From the IMG/VR virus record IMGVR_UViG_3300033109_000118, positions 1 to 60,065 of that record: a DNA stretch of 60,065 bases; one strand, written 5' to 3'. The position numbers were made by a program, and so were the translations under genes. The first letter of the stretch is position 1. Each line of letters begins with the position of its first letter. Origin of the DNA: a virus (lineage: Duplodnaviria; Caudoviricetes). The notes below the pieces were generated by a model. The model made no database searches, was not told where the DNA came from, and saw only the letters and a list, made by a program, of their open reading frames with translations. Shown piece after piece: positions 1 through 9,400 of the stretch.

Positions 1-300
1 ATGGTTCTACGCCTTGCCTTGGCACTCTGTATCATCCTCGTCGGCTGCAGCGATACGGTAGCCGAAAAACCCCACAAAACCCGCCAGGAACGCGCCCAGG
101 ATGCCGAGGCCGTGTTGAGCAAGACGCCGGTGCCGCGCACCTACCGCATCGATGGTAGCGAGCTCAAGGTGATCGACGTGCCCGTCAAGGATGCCTCGAA
201 CTTCGTGGATGTTCAGCGATGCTTTGTCTGGCGAGACGCTGAGTTCAAGACGGCCACACTGAGCTGCGGCCAACAGCCAGAGGCATTGCTGGCGAACTGA
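1..300 (+). CDS. Putative lipoprotein (moron)
   Basis: Hydrophobic signal with lipobox LVGC; opposite strand to the late operon. Confidence 0.7.
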   Translation: MVLRLALALCIILVGCSDTVAEKPHKTRQERAQDAEAVLSKTPVPRTYRIDGSELKVIDVPVKDASNFVDVQRCFVWRDAEFKTATLSCGQQPEALLAN

Positions 301-315
301 TATTGCCTTCTGTCC

Positions 316-343
316 TTGACATCTGGAGATGTGTCACTAGACT
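316..343 (+). promoter_or_regulatory. sigma70-like promoter containing an inverted repeat
   Basis: TTGACA (316-321), 16 nt, TAGACT (338-343). ACATCT-GG-AGATGT palindrome overlaps the -35 and spacer. Confidence 0.5.
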
Positions 344-424
344 GAGATTTTCGTTTGTTGAACTTGATCAACCATCAACACACTGGAGTCGATCATGAAG
401 TGATTCACTAACTCACCGAATCAG

Positions 425-456
425 AAGGCCCCGAGCAGAGATGCCGGGGCCTTTTT
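425..456 (+). terminator. Intrinsic terminator between convergent units
   Basis: AAGGCCCCG (425-433) / CGGGGCCTT (445-453) stem followed by a T run. Confidence 0.8.
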
Positions 457-3400
457 AATTCCGTGATTCACCGTCGACTGTCAGGCCTTCGCGCAGCCTC
501 TCCTTCTTGACCAGCGCCTTCTCCCATTCGGATTCCAGCACCCGGTCAGCAATGGCGCCCTTGGCGTTGAGGCGCTGCAGCTTCCTGATCTCGGCATCGA
601 TGTCGCGGATCATCTTGTTGCGCATGTTGTTGTCGATCTGTTCGCTGGTCTCCAGGTCGATCGGCCGCGCCTTGATGCCGAAGGTCTGCATGGCGGCGTA
701 CTTGGCCTGCACGGGGTTGCCGTCCTTGCCGATGCCGGTGGAATCACCGCCCAGGAAGTCAGGCACCCACTTCAATTCGCCGCCCGTAGCCTGCGCCAGC
801 GCATTCATGCCGCGCTCCCAGTGGTAGTTGTTGACGGCGATCGCCGGTGAAACCTGTTTCCAGATCCAGGCAGCGCGCTTCTCCGCGGCTTCGGCACGGG
901 TGTCGTTGCTGTCGATGATCTCCTTGCCGAAGAACAAGTCCTTGTTGCCGATCATGGCCACGGCCGTCGTGAACAGCGGGTGACTTGGCGTGACGGGCTG
1001 CGGGATCGGCAGGCCCATGGCATTCGGGCTGACATCGAAGAGGTCGCCGCCGGGGATGATGCGGCTGGTGTCGATGAAAACCGGCAGCTTGGTCAGCTCA
1101 TCCATGCCGAGCCGGATGGCCTTGGGCGTCATCAGTGCCGTGGTGCCCTTCATCCATGGCGGCAGGAACTCGCGCTCCAGCTTTTCGGCCTCGCGCGTCT
1201 TGGAACGGAACTCGGGATCAGTCAGGTACTTGGTCAGGCGTTCCATCCAGCTGTCGTCGTCATCGCCGGCCGCGATCGCGTAGGCGGCTGCATTGGCTGC
1301 CCACAGCACGGCCGCCGGCGCCAGAAAACGATCGGGCCGGGTCAGTGCGGTGTTCAGCAGTGCCGGTACCGCCTTGTAGGTGTAGGCGAAGAACGGGATG
1401 CCGAAGTCGCGTACCATGCGGGCGCCCTTGGGCAGATCGTCATAGGTGAAGATGTACTTCTGGGCGTAGTCCACGGCGTCCTGCGGATCCGTTCCACGCT
1501 GGCGGGCGTCGCGGTAGATCAGGTAGCGGAAGAACGTGTCCTCGGCCTGGTAGGCGGCTCCCATGGGCTTGCGCAGCCAGAACGTCATGGCGTTGTAGAC
1601 CGCCTCGGCGCCCTTCTTGGTCTTGCTGTCGGCCTTGACCGCCAGTTCCTTCAACTCGGGCGGCAGCGTGTTCATGAGCTCGGCATCGCTCATCGTGCCC
1701 AGGAACAGGCCGGCGTCGCGGGCTTCCTTCACCATGGGCGCGGCCTTCACGAAGTCCTGCATGGCGCCCAGGTACTTGTCGAAGCGGTGGTAGCCAATAC
1801 CGGCGAAGTGCGCCATCGTCAAATTTGATAGCACGTTGTTCACATGAGATACCGGATTGAGGGCGGTTTTTCCCTCTTTCCATACCGCCATGGCGCTGCG
1901 GTACATACGCCAGGCCGCGGACTGCGCTTCCTCGATGTTGGTCAACTGGCTCAGCGTCTCCATGGGCACGTAGCGCCCGGCCAGTTTGCCGTAGCGCTTG
2001 GCGCCGGTGCCCTCGACCGTCGTGTCTGGCACGCGCACCCAGCCGTCGCGCGGCAGGCGGGATGACGTCTCCGGGTTTGTGGCCATACCTTCGAACATGC
2101 GGCCCAGGGCGATGTCGCGCTGCGTCTGCATGTAGCCCATGACGAAGCGGAAGCCGGCGTCACGGATCTCGCCCATGGCGTCGCGTTCCTGGCGGGTGAA
2201 GTCGCGCCAGACCTGCACGGTGCCGTCCACGCTGGGCAGGCTGGGCGTGTAGTCGGGGTCTCGTACCTGCCAGCCCATGGCCTCGTAGTTGGCCAGCTGG
2301 TTCTCGGGGATGGTCTCGTAGAGGCCGCGGCCCTTGAGGTGCTTGCCGCCGATACCTTTCAGCGACTTCGGGCGCAGGCCAATCAGGCGAGCAGCATCTG
2401 CCCAGGCTTCACCGACCTGCTTGCGCAACTTGGACTCGTAGAACCGTGGCAGGTAGCGGCCATCCCATTGCGCCGCAGTTTCCGGCGTCAGCATGCCGAG
2501 ACGGATCAGTTCCTTGGACTGCTCACCCATGGCCGTATTCATGGCGGCAGCCAGCCGGACGGCATGCTCGGGCGGCACGGTGCCGGCGGCCAGTTCCTTC
2601 TCGATGATGTCGGAGACCATCAGGCGCTCGGCACTGGTGAGCTTCTGGCTTTCCTTGGCCACGGCCACGGCCACGTCCTGGGCCTTCTGCACGTCCAGCT
2701 TCATCTGGCGCAGCTGGCGGCGCAGTTCCGGGCTGGCAGCCTTGAGCTGCAGCTTGACCAACAGCGGGTTGGCAGCCTTGCCGATCAGGTTGTAAAGGGC
2801 TTGGCCGGGGGCGAAGACGGCGCGGCCGGTGGTGTCGCGCCACTGCGAAGACTTCGGAGGTGACTGGATGGCGCCGCCAGTGGCAGCAGTGCCGCGCGCC
2901 AGGGCGCCATTCAGGCCGCCAGCAGCTTGCGAATTTCGGCTTTGGCTTGCCCTGCGTCCTTCTTCAGCGATGCGATCTCGGAGTCGCTGAGCGGGTTCGT
3001 AGTTTGCCAAGTAGCGGGCTTCGGACTGGGTGAGCGCGTCGAAGCCGTAGCCGGTTGCGGCACGGAAGTCGGTTTCGAGGTCGCCATGTTTTTCACGAAG
3101 TTGCTGCAGGGATTTGTCGGATGGCTGGATTGTCGCGCTGTACTGCTTTCCGGTCAAGGCCACGGCCCCCACTACCCTGCCACCGGCCTGCTGAATGTGG
3201 CTGGCCAGCGCAGCAAAGGTGGCGCCCTGGGTCAGGGTGTCGTCCACCAGCAGGTAGTCGCGGCCGGCCTCGATCTCACCGGTGAAGTCTGGAACCGAAA
3301 ACAGGCGATCGAGGCCGTCCATACCGGTGCGGTGCGGACGATTCGCCTGCACGACGGCGGTCTCGGTATCGAGCCCAAGCCGGGCGGCCAGTACCTCAGC

Positions 3401-6400
3401 AGCTGCCAGTGGGATCTTGTTGCGCCCGGCCGCCTCTTCGGCTACTACGGGCACGATCACGGGCTTGGTGTCACCAATGGCGGCCCGCACCTGCTCGACC
3501 AGCTTGTCGCCGACCAGCGCGCGCGCGACCTTGACGGCTGCCGCGACATCGCCGGCCTTGGCCGCAGCGTAGTCCGGCAGGCCAGTAGCAGCACCGAGCG
3601 GATTGCCGACGATGACATCCGGCAGTTCCACGGGCTTGTCGGCACGCGCCGCCGCTACCAGTACCTCGGCGCCGCCGTCCAGGCGATGGCCGGCCTGCAG
3701 GCCCTTCATGCTGGCCACCAGTAGGCCATGCAACTCGGCCTTGGTGAACTTCACAGGGAGACCCAGCCCACGCAGGAAGTCGGCGATCTGGGCCCAGAAC
3801 TGCTTGAGCCAGGACATGCCAGTGGTGAATTCGCCGGTGACGGGATCAACGGCTTCCTCGACAGCAAAGGCCGCGATCTCGTTGGCCTCTTCCGCCGGGC
3901 TCAGGTTGAACTTTCCGGTGTCGTCGACGTAGAGCCGGCGCACCTTGTCGCGGATCTTGGTCAGCGGCTTGTTGCCGGTCTTGAGGGCCAGCTGAAGGTT
4001 GCGCTCGAACTTGGCCTTGCCGTCCTTGCCCAGAATCTTCCAGAGCCCGTAGTGGCCAATGGCTTCATGGGCCAGCGTCTGGGCGATGGCGTCTCGGCTG
4101 ACATGGTTGCTGGCCACGATGTAGGCCGTACCCTTCTCGCTGACCCAGCCACGGGTATCGCGCGGCGCCACGATCGGCAATTCCTTGGCGGAGGCCACGG
4201 CCTTGAACTTTGGGCCGTTTTCCCATGTCGCCGTCAGCTCGTCGATGATCTTTTGGGCACCGGCCACCGACATTGCCTGGGGCGGGCTGAAGGCTCGGCG
4301 GAAGGCGTCGGCATCCATGCCACGGGCAAGCGTGATGTCGGCGTTGCTGGCGTCGAACTGCCCGTTGTTGCCGGTGGCGCTCTTGATCTGCTCGGGTAGG
4401 AATACCTTGTATTCCACCGCATCCATTGACTCGCCGTTGCCAACATGGATAGCGCCATCAAAGCCTGCATCTTTCGCGGCTCCGACAAAAGCGAAGTCGT
4501 CCAGCAGCGGATATGCGTCCATGTAAAGCTCAGACACAGCGCTCGGGCTTGCGTCCAGCAGCGCATCGACCGATTCGTATTTGTCCGCGAAGTTTTCCTC
4601 CCAGTTGCCGGTGTTTTGAATCCAGTCAGCATGCTTTCGGGCGAACTTGATGGAGACATCACGCCCCAACTTTTTCACCAAGTCAGAAAACTCGACAAAC
4701 GGATCGTCGCGGTTTTCGATGACCGGATTCTGAATGGACAGGAAAGCAGGGATGACTTTCGGAGAATCTGCACTCAAAAAGTTGCGGGTGTCGTTAGGCG
4801 ACATAGCGTAGGTGCTGGCAACCTTCGGGTCATCCACAAAGGTGTAAGACGCTAGAGTGGTGCGTGGCTGCCCATCGCCTCCATGCTCACCGCGATACAC
4901 CACCAGCGGCTTGCCTTGGGCATCTACCACCTTGCTGTCGCCAAACCAGCGCTTGAACTCAGGCGTGTCGGTTTGATCCTGGCCGCCACGGGCGAACATC
5001 GGCAGACCCTGGGCCGCCTTCTCGCGCATGGCGGGGGTGATGGTGAATCCGGGTTGCTCCAGCGTCTTGAGTGGTTGATCTGGCCAGTTCTTGCGCCAGT
5101 TGTCGGCGGCTTCGCCAGTCTGGTCGATCGTCACCGCTTCCATCTGGCCACCGCCCACCTTCGGCAGCAGCTTCTTGACGGCAGACGGGACAATCTGGTC
5201 GTAGAAGGCCTTCATGCCTTCGCCGCCGACCTTGAGGTCGAGGCCGGACAGTTCCTTGGTGCGTGCGTAGGTACCGCCGTCCGTGCGCTCGTTGCTGGCC
5301 TTGCTGGTCAACAGCTTTTCCGCAGCATCCTTACCGATCAGGCCCGGCAGTTCTTTGGCCGGATCGCTGATGAATTTGCTGATGACCTCCTTGCCGTTCA
5401 GATTCCAGGCCGTCAGAGTTCCGCGTGACGGTTTTCCACTCATCTCGGCCCAGCCGGCGCCGCCGGAGTTATTGTCGGCGTAGCGGATCTTGCTGATCTG
5501 CTTGCTCAGGTCATACCGCTCTGCGCTTTGCGTCCCGTTGACGAAGGCCACGCGGTCGTAGCCATCTTGTGCGGCCATGGTGATGATGCGCTTGAGGGCG
5601 AGGTTGAGCCAGGCGTCTGTCTTTCCCACAAATGGGGCCTGCGGAATTCCACTCTCGACAAGTCGTGCGCCGGCTGCACGCGCACGATCCTGCAATTCCT
5701 TCGGAGCCTTATCAAACCCGCCAGCGGCATCTACCTCGCGCGTGATAGCGTCAATCTCTGCCTTTTCCTTGGCGCCCGGGGCAAAACCCTTTTTCTTCCC
5801 CTCCTGCCCCCAATCGCTCTGGATCTCCTCAACGAACAGTACGCGCTTGCCGTCAGCGCCTGTGCGGTCATTCAGGCGGATGTGGGCGAGGACGTTGAGT
5901 TGATCCCAGTGGTTAGATTTGTAGGTAGCCTTGTCCAAATCCTTGGCATAGCGTTCGGCCTCAGACTTGTCATCGGCATTGCTCACACTGAACTCTCGTA
6001 CAGTGCCATCGGAAAGTTCAACGCGCCACACATCTCCGTCAGACGTTGCTGATTTTGCAGTTCTATTGTCAGTAACCGGGAGCGTCAGCAGAACCTCGCG
6101 GTAGTTCTCGCCACCGGGCAGGGTGTAGCTTTCGTATTTTGTCGCCTTCTCTGTCGTCGGGAATTCCTCGCCGGTATCTGGATCGACATAAATACGTTCA
6201 CCGTCCTTTCCTCCAAGCGTGACCTCTTCCACCTGCACGCCATTGCCATCCAAATAGTCCAGCACCTGCTCTTTCGTCACCTTTCCGGTCTGCATCTGCA
6301 GCCAGTCGGTAACGCCTGACCATTCAACTTCATCGACTTTCACGGCGCCTTTGTTCACCAGACCCTGAATCTGGGCGCGCCATCCGTCGGCACCTTGGGT

Positions 6401-9400
6401 CTTGGCTGGAATGGTGGCTACGCCGTCGCGAAGAGCTGATCGCCACACCGGTGCGCCGCGTGCCATGGCAGATTGTTCATTTGTCTTTCTCGGCTGGTCA
6501 AACAGGCTGCCAGTCGTGTCCTGGCGTCCATCTTCCTGGGTCAAGCTGAATTGGCCGGAGCCGGCTTCGCTTTCCCGGCGGACTTGCTCGCGCTGGTCGA
6601 GTTCGGCTGCAGTATCGGCACGCTCCTGCTGGGCGATGACGTCCTCGCGCGTCGGCGCCGTCAGGCCTTCGCTGTCGGTCTTGGCAAGGCCAAAGACGCG
6701 TTGCCGGCGTGACAGTGCCCCGGCTTCTTTCAGGGCGTCCACGATCTGCTGGTCGCTGGCGCCGGCCGCCACGGTCACGGGTTCGCCGGAGTCGTAGCCG
6801 ATGGCTTCGTTGTCGCCGATGAACACGATGCCGTTTCGCACCGTCACGGCTTCCGCTGTGCTGGGCATGATGCCGATGCTCAGGCCGGCCGGGGCCGCCA
6901 TGAATTCGGCACGTGCGGCTTGCTGGCGGGCTTTCTTCTCGGCTTGGCGGGCGCGTTCACCGGCTTCGGCGGCTTCGCGTGCCGTGAGTTTTGGCTTTTC
7001 TCCGCGCAAGATGGCCTGGGCCTTCTCGGCTTGCGTGCGGCCCACCAGGATGCCGCCCTTCATGGTGACCAGCAACTTTGCGGGGATCGCGCTCAGGGCT
7101 TCGCGGATGGCCTTAGCGTCACCCTTGACAGCCAGTGTGCCGTCGGCGCGCGGCTCCATGGTAAAACCAGAAACAGAAACCCCCGCATCGGCGGGGGTCT
7201 GTTGAGGTTCCCGGCTTACTTGGCCTGGGTCTTGTTCTTGGCCAGGCGCTGGGCTTTCGCTGCCAGCAGGCGGGCGCTGATCTCCTGCGCTTCCCGGCTG
7301 GGCTGCGATGGCGGTTTCAAGGGCACGTTTTGCTGTTTCATAGTAGGCCTGCTGGGTTGCATTCTCGGTGGTTTTCGCCACATTTTCAAGGACTGTTTCG
7401 GCATCGATGCCTTGATCCTCGGCGGTGGCCAGCAGCGCACGCACCTCGGCCTGCACTTCCGGGCTGGCGTCGTCGTAGCCGGACTGCTCGAGTTCGGCAT
7501 CGGTGAAGCCTTCCGGCGCCAGCGGGTCGGCACCGGTGTCGGCTTCCTGCTGGGCGGCCAGGTGGTCCTCGTAGCGTGCCGCATGCTCGGCTTCTGCCAG
7601 GGCCTGCCAGCCCTCGGCGGTGTACTGAGGCTGCGTCATGCTGCGCCGGATCAGGTCGGCGGCATCGCTTTCGTTCTCTGTCGCCAGGTAGCCGGCCTGC
7701 GCCAGTTTCATGGCGGCCTGTTCCAGCGTCAGGCCCTTGCCCTGGGCAGCGAACAGCCATCGGTTGCCGACGCGCACGTTGGCGTCGAAGCCGGTGTCGG
7801 CCATGGCGGAGCGCGATAGGCCGCCTTCGGCCGCAATGAAGGCGTGGGCAGACAGTGGGCCACTGCCGGTGTGCGGCAGGCGCAGGCGCTTGGCGGCACG
7901 CTCCATGGCAGCGAGTTGCGCCGGCGTCTTGCCGGAGAGCTCTACTGCAGGGTGTTGGTCGGCACTGGGCTGAAGATCAGCAGCTGCAGCAGGCTGTACT
8001 GCTCCCGCGGTGTCTCTTTCAACGCCATTTCCAGCGATTGCCGCCGCGTCAGGCGCTTCGGGCGTGACGGTGCCGGCGGCGCCTTGGCCTTGGCCGCCTT
8101 CTTGGGTTTTGAATTGGATGGCACTGATCGGCTCCTTCTTCTTGCCGTCGCGCACCCAGGACTTGAATGCGGGCAGCGGTACCTCAGTGATGGCGCCGCG
8201 GCCAGTCCAGCCGGGCTCGTAGTTGGCGTGGTAGCCACGGTCGGCTTCCTCGAGCGAGTCGAAGCCCAGCATGACCTTGTGCTCGTCGAAGCTGCCGTCC
8301 TTGTTCAGCTGGTCAACGACGAACACCTTGGTGCTGTCGGGGTTCGGCCCGATGAAGGTGTCCACGTGGTCACCGTCGTTACCGTTGGTGCGCTTGAAGT
8401 AGCCGTAGTGGCTGGCCAGCGTGCTCGACCACTCTTTGCCGTCCGGGCTGACGCCACGGCGTTCGCTACCCTGCGGGTTCTCGATGGCGATGTCGAGACC
8501 GTGCAGGTTGATGTGGCCCTTCTGGTAGTTGCCGGCTTCCTTCTGGGCCTGGGTGGGCTCCGGCAGGTCGTTCAGCGGGCTGGTGGCGGCAGCATGGGCG
8601 GCTTGATCGATGTCGGGGCGGGTCGTCTGCTGGCCAAGGATGCGCTCGATGTTGTCGACGGCCTGCACGGACTCCGAAGGTGCTACGGAATTCATAGCTT
8701 GCGGCGCAGTGTTATCAACGGCTGGCGTCTGATTTTGTCCCGATTCCAGGGCCTGCGCGGCTTCTATGGTCTGGCGGGTGTCGCCGTACAGGCTTTGCGT
8801 GGCCGAATCCATGGCGTCGTCGCGCGCCGCCTCCAGCAGGGTGCCTAGTGCTGCGTCTGGCGCCTGGATGGCACCACGGTTGGCCAATCCCTGGGTGTAG
8901 CGCTGCAGGAAACCCGGCAACTTGTCCAGGCTGATCTTGCGGGAAGCCTCCAGGGCGGCGGCAATGGCTTTCTCCGACATGCCGGCAGCAGTAGCGGTCT
9001 GGCGGAACCCGGCGTTGAGCGCGGAACGGCCGGCGGCTTCCACCGGCTTGGTGCCGTCGGCACGCAGACCGATGTAGCCGGCCTGGAATTCAGGGCTGCG
9101 TGTCTGGTCAGACTGCATGCCCGACAGCTCAGAGATCACGCTGGCCTGCAGGTTCAGCTGGTCCTGACGCTTCTGCAGCAGGTCGGCGGCCTCGTTCTCG
9201 CCGGCATCGCGAAGGCGCTTGATGCGTGGGTCAACCTTGGCGACGGCTCCACCGGATCCGAAGGTGGCCCCCATCATGGCGGCTTGCACCGTGGTGTCGC
9301 GCAAGCCGTCGAGGAACTGGCCCATGGTCAGGTCCGGATTCAGGCCGATGCCGGGCAACAGGTCGGTCGCGGTCTGCCCCAGGTAGGTGATGATCTCGCC

